Below, one piece after another: positions 1-8,666 of a stretch of 32,000 nucleotides of DNA. Source of the stretch: an archaeon. Its GTDB lineage: Archaea; Asgardarchaeota; Thorarchaeia; Thorarchaeales; Thorarchaeaceae. The position numbers and the translations under genes were made by a program. Below the pieces are notes generated by a model. That model ran no database searches and was not told where the DNA came from. It saw only the letters and a list, made by a program, of their open reading frames with translations. Every line of letters begins with the position of its first letter. The stretch's first letter is position 1. The DNA lies in NCBI GenBank assembly GCA_024275415.1, contig JAJRZD010000112.1, positions 7,014 to 39,013 on the forward strand, given 5' to 3'.

Positions 1-1743
1 CAGATATGCTTCTACCATTGCCATGATCTGCTCATTCGTTGAATGCAACATGATTATCGCGTTGCTTGGGCATGCCGCTGCACAGGTACCGCATCCATGG
101 CATTTGGCCTCGGTCACGTACGCAATATGGGGGTCTCGTGACATGTCCCAGCTTATCGCTCCGTAAGGACATGCTGTGATACAGGTGGCACAGGATGAGC
201 ACAGGTCTGGGATGACACGCGACACTGTTGATTCAATCTCGACTGCACCTTTTGCCATCAGTCCCACTGCTTTGGCTGCAGCCCCGCTCGCATCGATAAC
301 TGATTCCGAAGCGTTCTTGGCAGCCTGTGCAGCACCCGCAATCATGATTCCCGCGGTGTGCGTTGTGACAGGGTTCAGCTTCACATGTTCGGGATTGAAG
401 AAGCCATCCGAGCTTCTCGTGAGGCTAAAGGTATGGCTCACTTCCTCTATCCCTTCTGGAGGCACCATTGCCGTGGCAAGAACGATGATGTCTGGGTTGA
501 ATTCCATATCTGTGTCTGCGAGGACATCTTTCCAACGCATGGTGATCTTACCATCATTCACCTCTACTTCAGGTTTGGCGTCCGGAGGATACTTTGTGTA
601 GATGACATGCTTCTGCCGAGCAACTCTCTGAAAGTCCTCGTGCTCCTTGCCGTAGGTCCGGATGTCCTGATAGAGAATGACTACCTCATCAAGTCGATCC
701 GCCATGATGCCCGCTGTCTTTGCCAGTGCTGAACAGCAATACCGCGAGCAATGCTCGTGTCCTTTCCAGCCCGGCTCGCGAGAGCCGACGCATCCGATAA
801 AGGCGACCTTCCTGACTGGCTTCCCGTCACTCGGTCTGATGAACTGCTGCTCATCAGGTCTTCCTTGCAGGTCTCCCAGAGTCATGATATCTAATGATTT
901 GTCATAATTATAGAGACCCACTGGGACGTATGGTTGGAATCCTGTAGCCACTATCACGGCTCCGACCTCATACTTCTTGTGTTTCTTCAAGCCTTCTACT
1001 GAAACCTCCACCTCGAAATTGCCTATGTACCCTTCGAAGTTCACAATGACTGCGCCGGTTCGAATCTCTATGTTCTTGTGCTTTCGAACACGATGAATCA
1101 TGGGTTCCAATACCTCATGACCTGGCTTGTCACCAGGAAACATATGGGCCCACTTCCGGACATTGCCGCCAAGCTCCCTTTCTCGCTCGATGAGCACTAC
1201 CTCAAACCCTCTGTCTGCGATATCAAGGGCCGCCCTGAGCCCTGCAATCCCTCCACCCACGACAAGTGTGCGAGGAGTGATCTCAACCTTTTTGATTGGC
1301 AATGGCTCAAGATTTGCAGCCCGTGCCACCGCCATCCGAACTAGGTCATTGGCTTTGGCTGTAGCAGCTTCAGGTTCTCTCATATGACACCAAGAAACGT
1401 GCTCGCGTAGATTCACCTGCTCGAATAGATAACGGTTTAATCCGGCTTCTTCAACCACTCTCCGGAATGTAGGTTCGTGCATCCGCGGTGAGCAGCTGGC
1501 TACGATAACTCTGTTGAGGTTATGTTCATGTATCATGGTTCTGATGGTTTCCTGACCTGCATCACTACAGGTGAACATCTCATGAGTTGTAAATACAACA
1601 TTTGGTAGAGTGGCTGCTGTTTTTGCCACATCCTCGACATCCACAACTCCTGCAATGTTATGGCCACAATGGCACACGAACACACCAATCCGTAGCTCTT
1701 CCTTTGATTCCATGGCGTTCATTCCTACACTGTCTTCTGTCAT
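1..1743 (-). CDS. hdrA: Heterodisulfide reductase subunit A-like flavoprotein, short type (3' end runs off the window; at least 581 aa)
   Basis: Translated by hand: open frame from ATG at 1743 (ATGA overlap with the hdrB stop) to position 1 with no stop. Reads MTEDSVG...RIGVFVCHCGHNIAG, FTCS, ASCSPRMHE, VVGGGIAGLRAA (FAD), GCVGSRE...HCSRYCC, C-terminal CSSCATCITACP and CHGCGTCAAACP, ending QIMAMVEAYL. Alternative start at ATG 1713. Confidence 0.95.
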   Translation of the reverse strand, partial: MTEDSVGMNAMESKEELRIGVFVCHCGHNIAGVVDVEDVAKTAATLPNVVFTTHEMFTCSDAGQETIRTMIHEHNLNRVIVASCSPRMHEPTFRRVVEEAGLNRYLFEQVNLREHVSWCHMREPEAATAKANDLVRMAVARAANLEPLPIKKVEITPRTLVVGGGIAGLRAALDIADRGFEVVLIERERELGGNVRKWAHMFPGDKPGHEVLEPMIHRVRKHKNIEIRTGAVIVNFEGYIGNFEVEVSVEGLKKHKKYEVGAVIVATGFQPYVPVGLYNYDKSLDIMTLGDLQGRPDEQQFIRPSDGKPVRKVAFIGCVGSREPGWKGHEHCSRYCCSALAKTAGIMADRLDEVVILYQDIRTYGKEHEDFQRVARQKHVIYTKYPPDAKPEVEVNDGKITMRWKDVLADTDMEFNPDIIVLATAMVPPEGIEEVSHTFSLTRSSDGFFNPEHVKLNPVTTHTAGIMIAGAAQAAKNASESVIDASGAAAKAVGLMAKGAVEIESTVSRVIPDLCSSCATCITACPYGAISWDMSRDPHIAYVTEAKCHGCGTCAAACPSNAIIMLHSTNEQIMAMVEAYL

Positions 1744-2615
1744 TGGCTCACCCCACAACAGTCAATTACCGAATGAGGGTCAATCTTGTTCAGCTCGACA
1801 CCCAACATGTCCTCGTCCAAGCCCAATGCTGGCCCTAGAAACTGGGTGATGGGTAGCACTGGTATCTTCTGTCGATCACTGGTTCCCCCTCCGAACTGTA
1901 CCTGGGTCAGCTGGATATCACAGAACACACAAGCTGTCACAATCCCGTCTGCTCCAGCTTTGGTAACGTTATCGATCTTGTCCAGTCCAATGGTCGTAGC
2001 GACATCCTCATCCATTGCGAGCATCGGACCCCCACAGCAACGTGTCTTTCCAGGATAGTCCACTGCTTGTCCGCCCACAGCTTCAACCAGTCTATCCAGG
2101 ATAGTGGGGTTCTCGGGGTCGTCAACATGGACTATCTCGTAGGGACGTGTCACATGGCATCCATAGTGCGCCGCCATTTTGATGCCATTATAGGGCTTGA
2201 CAACAGCCCGTTCTATCTTGTCGAATCCAATATCCTCTGCCAAGACCTGTAAGAGGTGACGCACACGGACTTTACCACTGTACTTCAAACCCTCTTCTGC
2301 AAGTAAGGAATTCACCTCATCTCTAGCACGGATATCATGGTCAAGAAAGTGCTTGTTCGTCTTGAGAGACCCTGAACATGCACCACAAATTGCAAGGATG
2401 TCCTTTTCCTCGCGCTCAGCCAGTGCCAGTATTCTTCCACTCATAGACGCAAAAGCCATCCTGTCCATGGATTCGACGTATTGAGCGCCACAACAATTTG
2501 TATCTTTCAGCTCGATGACATTTACTCCGAGCTTCTCAAGGACCGCGATAGTGGCAGCCTCGTATGCTGGAAGTCTGACTGGGGTGGTACAGCCTCTATA
2601 GAGCAGCATATCCAT
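1740..2615 (-). CDS. hdrB: Heterodisulfide reductase subunit B (two CCG domains)
   Basis: Two complete CCG motifs: YRGC...NCCG...ICGAC and HYGCH...RCCGG...ACVFC. 291 aa, abutting hdrC and overlapping the short hdrA. Confidence 0.95.
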   Translation of the reverse strand: MDMLLYRGCTTPVRLPAYEAATIAVLEKLGVNVIELKDTNCCGAQYVESMDRMAFASMSGRILALAEREEKDILAICGACSGSLKTNKHFLDHDIRARDEVNSLLAEEGLKYSGKVRVRHLLQVLAEDIGFDKIERAVVKPYNGIKMAAHYGCHVTRPYEIVHVDDPENPTILDRLVEAVGGQAVDYPGKTRCCGGPMLAMDEDVATTIGLDKIDNVTKAGADGIVTACVFCDIQLTQVQFGGGTSDRQKIPVLPITQFLGPALGLDEDMLGVELNKIDPHSVIDCCGVSQ

Positions 2616-3166
2616 TAGCTCCCACTCTCCTCAGCAGCTTTCTTTCGTTCGAAATACCTTTTTCTCAACTTTCCAACGAACTCGTTGTTCATGTGTAGCT
2701 CAGGGTTCAGTCCAAGGTCCTCGCGTTCGTCCTCTTGAAAATCAGTGTATGCATCTTTCAGCATCCAACCATCCTCCAACACAGTCTTCACAGCCTCTTT
2801 GAAGACCCGCGGGACATGTCCTTCTCGTGCTGCAATCGTTCGAACAGCAAGGAATATCTCGGCAGGCGACACTCCCTCTTGGCAGCGTTCCTCACACATC
2901 CTGCAATTAAGACAGAGCCACGATTGGTCGCTCGAAAGAACTTCCTCTCGAAGTCCAAGGATGATTTTTTGGATCATTCGTCTTGGCCTGTATAGATCGG
3001 TCGCATTGGCCACAACACAGCTAGCAGTACATATGCCACATTGGATACACTTGTTGATGGCTTCACCGCCTTCTACCTTCTCAACCTCTTTGGCAAAAGC
3101 TGAGGTTGGAACATGAATAGATTTCTCTTGACCTTTTGTTGTACAAGTATGCATTATATTCGTCAC
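2615..3166 (-). CDS. hdrC: Heterodisulfide reductase subunit C (2x[4Fe-4S])
   Basis: CIQCGICTASC and WLCLNCRMCEERC; RRMIQKIILGLREEVL is typical of HdrC. GTG start overlaps the upstream TGA stop. Confidence 0.92.
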   Translation of the reverse strand: MTNIMHTCTTKGQEKSIHVPTSAFAKEVEKVEGGEAINKCIQCGICTASCVVANATDLYRPRRMIQKIILGLREEVLSSDQSWLCLNCRMCEERCQEGVSPAEIFLAVRTIAAREGHVPRVFKEAVKTVLEDGWMLKDAYTDFQEDEREDLGLNPELHMNNEFVGKLRKRYFERKKAAEESGS

Positions 3167-5973
3167 CTCGATTTGGTTGTTTCAAGCTCAGCCTCTGGAG
3201 CCAGACTTTCTATAGTATGTTCGGAATCCTGGCCTGCAATCATTCCCCCCAGTACAATTGATGCTCTCATGGCGGCCGCACTTCCCGCAGTCACTGAATC
3301 GGGTATGTCCTTCGGCCCATCAGCACAACCACAGACGAAGATACCCATCTTGCTGGTATCGACAGGAGAAGTGAGCTCGTTCCGTACATCGATGTAGCCT
3401 TCATCTGAGAGGGCGATTCCAAGCTCCTCTGCTAGTATATTGACATCATCTGCAGGAAGCAGACCTGGGCTTATCACCAAAAGGTCATGCTCAACCTTCT
3501 CAACGGAGCCAGTTTCTGTGTTCTCTACTTGGATCATGAGGTTGTCATTCTCAGGGTTCTCGTCTACTTCACCAACACGCCCTCGGACAAAGTTGACGCC
3601 AAATCGGGTCTTTGACATCTCGAAGAACTCCTCGAACCCTTTGCCAAACGCTCGAATATCCGCATAGTATATAGAAACCTTCGCCTCTGGGTCATGTTCT
3701 CTAGCCATCACAGCATTCTTGATGCCATACATACAACAGACCCTGCTACAATGGGGAACATTCTTCTGAGTATCTCGCGCTCCGACGCATTGCACGAACC
3801 CGATGTTCTTCGGCATTTTTCCGTCGCTCAGGCGTATCAGATGACCTTGAGTAGGACCCGCTGCATTGATGAGTCGCTCGAATTCCATGGCTGTTATGAC
3901 ATTCTTGAACTTACCATATCCAAGCCGTTTGTATTTGCTGACCTCAAAGAGCTTGTATCCAGTGGCAACTACAATGGCTCCCACGTTCAGGCTCAACCGT
4001 TCCTCCTTCATCGAGTGATCGATGGCATCTCTATCACATGCTTCCACACAGTTCATGCACTCACAACATATCGTGCAGTTCAGACAGCGCCCTGATTCAT
4101 CGAGGGCAGTATCTTCATCAAATCCAAGCTCGACCTCTGAGAAATCGCCTTTACGACTTGCGATGCTCTGATGGGGCATCTCAGCTCTGGCTTGTGGTAT
4201 GAATGTCGATTGGTCTATCTTTGGTCTTGCAATCCTGTAGACCTCAGGGTCTCGCCCTGCTCGAATATCCAGTCCGTTAAGGTATCTATCGATAGATATT
4301 GCAGCCTCCTCACCCTGCCCAACAGCCTGCACTACTGTGGCTGGGCCAAGAACACAGTCACCACCAGCGAAGACTCCCTCATTACTCGTTTGCAATGTGA
4401 CTTGATCTGTGATAATGGTACCCCACTCGGTAGTATCCAAATCGTTGTGGAGTGGAATTGGTTCTACAGACTGACCAACTGCGATAATCATAGTGTCTGC
4501 AACGACAGTGAACTCCGAATCAGGTATTGGGATAGGTCTCCTTCGCCCTGAGTGGTCAGGTTCACCCAGACGCATTCGGATGCACTTGACACCTTGCACA
4601 GTACCTTTCTGGGTCAGAACCTCTACTGGATTCGTGAGGAACATGAAGCGGATCCCCTCCTGACGGGCCATCTCTACCTCTGATGGGATGGCTGGGAGTT
4701 CGACCTGTGAGCGCCGGTATATCATTGTGACTTCGGACGCACCCAGACGAAGAGCTGTCCTACACGAATCCACGGCTGCATCGCCACCCCCGATGACCAC
4801 TACGCGTTCACCTAATTCTACAGGCTTGTGAGACGCGACTCTATCGAGAAAATCAATTGCATGGTATACACCTTTCGAGTCTTCACCTGCAATCATCAGT
4901 TTGTTACTGTGACTGGCGCCTGTAGCTATGAAGACTGCCTTGAATCCTTCATCTTTGAGCTCATCGATTGATTGTATCTCTCTGTCACAGACGAACTCGA
5001 CGCCGTGCTTTGCGACCCATTGGATCTCTTCCTGAAGGATGTCCCTTGGCAGTCGGTATTCAGGTATCGCATATTTCAGCAGTCCTCCCTCTTCTGATCT
5101 CTTCTCAAAAACAGTCACAGGATACCCTTTACGGGCAAGATGATATGCACATGAGATTCCTGCTGGTCCGGCACCCACAACGGCAACCCGTTCACTCCTC
5201 TTGATTTGAGGTTCCACCGTGACCTGTGTGTTGTGTTCTCTCTCGTAGTCTGAGAGGAAACGGTGGAGATTCCTGATGCTAACGCTCTCGTCATACTCTC
5301 CTCGTTGACACTGCCCTTCACACCAGCTTACACAGACCCTTCCGAGAGTGCCCGGGAATGGTATTGCATCCCGCACAATTCTGATGGCTTCTGCATATTT
5401 CTTTTGATTCATCAAAGTGACGAATGCCTGAGCATTCACGCCTGCTGGACAATTAATCCTGCAGGCTGGGTGGTCTCGTTTATCAATCGTGTACACATTA
5501 GGTGTAGCCTGTGGGAACGGTAAATAGGTCGCTTTCCTGAAGCCCAATCCCTCATCAAATTCATTTGCAACCTCGATAGGGCAGACCTCAGAGCAGTCGC
5601 CACATCCCGAGCATTTGTCTTCCAGAATGTATCGAGGTTTCCTGATGACTTCCACATGAAAATTGCCAGCTTTGCCAGTCACTCGCTTGACTTCAGAATA
5701 CGTCAGAAGCTCGATATTTGGATGTCGTGCAACCTCACTCAATCGTGGCGTCAGTATGCATGCTGAACAATCAAGGGTAGGGAAGGTCTTGTCTATTGCT
5801 GCCATATGTCCGCCAATGCTAGGCGTCTTCTCGACAAGATGGACTTTGAAACCTTGGTTTGCGATGTCCAATGCGGCTTGCATTCCAGCAACACCACCAC
5901 CTATCACGAGTGCACTGGGTTCCTGGGTGTCCTTATTTGCAGGATTTGTTTGCGTAGGATGATCAACAGTCAT
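3163..5973 (-). CDS. hdrA: HdrA core with an inserted GltD/NfnB-like NAD(P)H:flavin Fe-S module (HdrL-like), 936 aa
   Basis: HdrA motifs: GGGVAG, DKTFPTLDCSACIL, CSGCGDCSEVCP, ITAMEFERL, QCVGARD...CSRVCC, GCADGPKDIP. Insert motifs: CRINCP...GRVCVSWCEGQC, GAGPAG, GGGDAAVD, YRRS, FAGGD, RCLNC. SD-like AAGGAG at 5982-5987. Confidence 0.93.
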   Translation of the reverse strand: MTVDHPTQTNPANKDTQEPSALVIGGGVAGMQAALDIANQGFKVHLVEKTPSIGGHMAAIDKTFPTLDCSACILTPRLSEVARHPNIELLTYSEVKRVTGKAGNFHVEVIRKPRYILEDKCSGCGDCSEVCPIEVANEFDEGLGFRKATYLPFPQATPNVYTIDKRDHPACRINCPAGVNAQAFVTLMNQKKYAEAIRIVRDAIPFPGTLGRVCVSWCEGQCQRGEYDESVSIRNLHRFLSDYEREHNTQVTVEPQIKRSERVAVVGAGPAGISCAYHLARKGYPVTVFEKRSEEGGLLKYAIPEYRLPRDILQEEIQWVAKHGVEFVCDREIQSIDELKDEGFKAVFIATGASHSNKLMIAGEDSKGVYHAIDFLDRVASHKPVELGERVVVIGGGDAAVDSCRTALRLGASEVTMIYRRSQVELPAIPSEVEMARQEGIRFMFLTNPVEVLTQKGTVQGVKCIRMRLGEPDHSGRRRPIPIPDSEFTVVADTMIIAVGQSVEPIPLHNDLDTTEWGTIITDQVTLQTSNEGVFAGGDCVLGPATVVQAVGQGEEAAISIDRYLNGLDIRAGRDPEVYRIARPKIDQSTFIPQARAEMPHQSIASRKGDFSEVELGFDEDTALDESGRCLNCTICCECMNCVEACDRDAIDHSMKEERLSLNVGAIVVATGYKLFEVSKYKRLGYGKFKNVITAMEFERLINAAGPTQGHLIRLSDGKMPKNIGFVQCVGARDTQKNVPHCSRVCCMYGIKNAVMAREHDPEAKVSIYYADIRAFGKGFEEFFEMSKTRFGVNFVRGRVGEVDENPENDNLMIQVENTETGSVEKVEHDLLVISPGLLPADDVNILAEELGIALSDEGYIDVRNELTSPVDTSKMGIFVCGCADGPKDIPDSVTAGSAAAMRASIVLGGMIAGQDSEHTIESLAPEAELETTKSR

Positions 5974-6537
5974 TATTTAAACTCCTTAATCCAGAAATAT
6001 TCTCTAACCTAACAAAGCAGTGCAAAGTGTGACTTTCTCTGAGATAGGCCCGAAATGATTCATTGTTCAAATACTCAGACCATCGCATAGATGTGCACAC
6101 TCATTGGTCTTGGATAATCTTTGATCGCCATCAGAGTACAGTCACAGATGTTTGATGTCCATCAGAAGGTTAGTTAACCTGCTATACTAATTGGAAAAGA
6201 ATGAAATAAGTTTGCGCAGTTTGGAAACGTGCAAAGAATAATTGTTTATGTTTTGAAATGAGCTTATTATGATGTTGAAATGTCCGAAATGTGACATATT
6301 TCGGATGGCCGTGAAACACATGTCTGGAACGTGGTATTCCTGTTTAATGCCTGCCTTGGGGATAAAAGCCATTTCCAAAATGAATGTTTCTATAGAAGAA
6401 ACCGAACATGGTGGTGTGTGGCTATATGGAAGACACAAGTGCTCATACTAAGTCACCATTGATGCCACTCTAGACGAGTTAATCTATCTCTGAACAAATC
6501 TTGAATATCAGGTCGGACAGTTGGTTAGTATCAACTA

Positions 6538-8412
6538 TCATGCCAACACAGAAGGAACAATGCAATCACCAAGTCGATGCTTGATGGCTTCCAGTTTTGC
6601 TCGTTGTTCAGATAGAATCCTGTAGAGCAATTCAGGGGCATCTGGCACCGTTTCACGGTATACTTTCTCGATCCTCTCAATCTTGGCGAGGTGGTCTGGC
6701 ACCCTGAGCTTGAACTGCTCCTCATATTCGGCTTCCGAATATTCCTTGTCCAGATGCTTCTCAAACAATGATTTGAGGTCTTCGTAATGGGGGATATGTC
6801 CTGTTGGTGTTGCGATTGCATCGACCTCGTCATGCACCCTTAGTTCCATCCATTTCAACCAGACACGCTTGTCTGACTTATCAGTTATGAAATTACCTTC
6901 CTTATCTCTCAGGAAATAGTTCACAGCAAAGATGAGAGGGGGTGAGTCGATATCCACAACGAAATCTAGGTGGTTCTGGATATACCTGCCCAGTGGGATT
7001 GAGATGAAATCTAGATTTGAGAAAGGCTGAAACTTTCTCACACCACTTGGTCCCAATGTTGCTGCGGTGGTTTCTGACTCAAGGCTTGCACCCATTGTGA
7101 TGACGCCATGTTCCCAGTTCAATGACTGCTGAACAGGCACCCAGGTATCGCGGTCTCTTCCACCATAAATGATGCCTCCTACCTCCACACCGCGGGGGTC
7201 ATCTAGAGCATCGTCCAAGTTCGAGAGACCGTCCAGACCAATGGTGTATCTTGCGTTTTTGTGAGCATACGGGATGACCTCACCGTTTCGATCAACCTTT
7301 CCTTCAAACCATTCGCCCGAGAAATTGATTCCAGCCTTTGGAGGCGGGAGTCCGTCATCCAACCAGCGAGGCTCAGCATCCTCCGTCACAAGTACATTTG
7401 AAAAGATAGCGGGCTGTTTTGAATGGAGGACATCCCAGATTATTGGGTCATCCTTTTCAGTCACAGAACGGATGATTCCGAAGATACCTCGTTCGACATT
7501 CACAGCCCTGACCTTTCCATCTATCTTTCTGAGATATGCAAGATCATCTCCCACGATGGAATTGCCGCGGGTCATTGATGTGCTCGTCTTTCCACATCCG
7601 GATGGGAATGCCCCTGTGAAGTATGTTTTCCGTCCGGTGGGTCCATGTACGGCCATAAGGAACATATGTTCGGCAAGCCACCCCTCTTTGTCAGCTTTCC
7701 GAATCGCAAGGCGAAGTGCAAGCTTCTTCAGTCCGATAGTGTTCCCCGCATATTGAGTGTTCATACTGTAGACGGTATTTGTCTTGTAGTCAATCATGAC
7801 ACCTCGTTTCTTCCAGTCCGTGCTCACTGAATGGATGAGCTTGCCAGAAGAATGCAGCATCCAGAAGATCTCGTGATCCTCCGGCATCCTTCTGAAGTAA
7901 TCATACCCGCGTCGATAGAGTAGATCCTCACTGTGTGCCACATAGAACGAGTCAGTTATCTGTACGGCGGGAATGGAGAACGGCGAGTCCAGAGGACCGA
8001 GAACGAAGAAGCGAACGACCATCTTCTTATTTTCCATGGTTCCAGACAGTCGATCCCGGGCCAATTGCAGACCGTAGTCGCGGTCTATCTGAGATAGATG
8101 CTCACCTAAAACTTCACCTTTTGGTACTAAATAGACCGTACGTTCTTTATCTCGTGCCTGATCAAAATAACCATCGAAATGGACTGTGTGGTATGGGTTG
8201 GCAAGTGGTGCTTCCTCTCCCCGTGCTATCGCTGTGCGTCGGATGTACTCGGTGTCCTCTCTCGAATCATTGCATACGAACACCTTCATCGGCTTGCAGA
8301 GCCTTATTGCATCTGCTACGAACTTATGCACTCGCCTGTTAGGAATCGCAAGCAGTTTCCTAAAATTAGCATCAGTCAATGACTGTTCGAGAACCGACAT
8401 TATCTCGTTCAA
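6538..8412 (-). CDS. pckG: Phosphoenolpyruvate carboxykinase (GTP-dependent)
   Basis: YAGNTIGLKK, WLAEHM, GAFPSGCGKTS (P-loop with Cys), VGDDLA, ERGIFG, HKNARYT, IIYGGRD, VNYFLRD. 624 aa; TTG start with GGGGA 8 nt upstream (alternative ATG at 8400). Confidence 0.95.
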   Translation of the reverse strand: MNEIMSVLEQSLTDANFRKLLAIPNRRVHKFVADAIRLCKPMKVFVCNDSREDTEYIRRTAIARGEEAPLANPYHTVHFDGYFDQARDKERTVYLVPKGEVLGEHLSQIDRDYGLQLARDRLSGTMENKKMVVRFFVLGPLDSPFSIPAVQITDSFYVAHSEDLLYRRGYDYFRRMPEDHEIFWMLHSSGKLIHSVSTDWKKRGVMIDYKTNTVYSMNTQYAGNTIGLKKLALRLAIRKADKEGWLAEHMFLMAVHGPTGRKTYFTGAFPSGCGKTSTSMTRGNSIVGDDLAYLRKIDGKVRAVNVERGIFGIIRSVTEKDDPIIWDVLHSKQPAIFSNVLVTEDAEPRWLDDGLPPPKAGINFSGEWFEGKVDRNGEVIPYAHKNARYTIGLDGLSNLDDALDDPRGVEVGGIIYGGRDRDTWVPVQQSLNWEHGVITMGASLESETTAATLGPSGVRKFQPFSNLDFISIPLGRYIQNHLDFVVDIDSPPLIFAVNYFLRDKEGNFITDKSDKRVWLKWMELRVHDEVDAIATPTGHIPHYEDLKSLFEKHLDKEYSEAEYEEQFKLRVPDHLAKIERIEKVYRETVPDAPELLYRILSEQRAKLEAIKHRLGDCIVPSVLA

Positions 8413-8666
8413 TGTTCTATTCCCCTGATTTCACGGAGCACACATGTCCGGTTGATTCATCTCCAACATGACACACACGCCTGCTGCAACCTGACCCTTA
8501 AAACAGTTTTTCCATGAAACACGCAGTTGTTCAATCCCAAAAATAGATTGTCCAATAGGAACACATGTTCATGTCGTCTATGACAACACTCAAATGTTGA
8601 GGGCAGCCGATAACGGCTCATGCCTTGAAGGAGAGCAAGGTAGAAGAATGGATGATGGTGAGTCTG

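Noticed and set aside
1-1743. Absence of a long minus-strand ORF in the track suggested in-frame UGA (selenocysteine) or a pseudogene
   Set aside because: Manual translation shows an uninterrupted frame. It was omitted only because the stop lies outside the window.
5767-5769. Possible selenocysteine at the HdrA PTLD(C/U) position
   Set aside because: The codon is TGT (Cys). No in-frame TGA was found in any hdr gene; the terminal TGAs of the long hdrA and hdrB overlap the next start codons.
6269-6451. 60-aa ORF with CPKC resembling a zinc ribbon
   Set aside because: The second Cys pair is incomplete (YSCLMP), there is no clear SD and no recognised family. It cannot be supported without a homology search.
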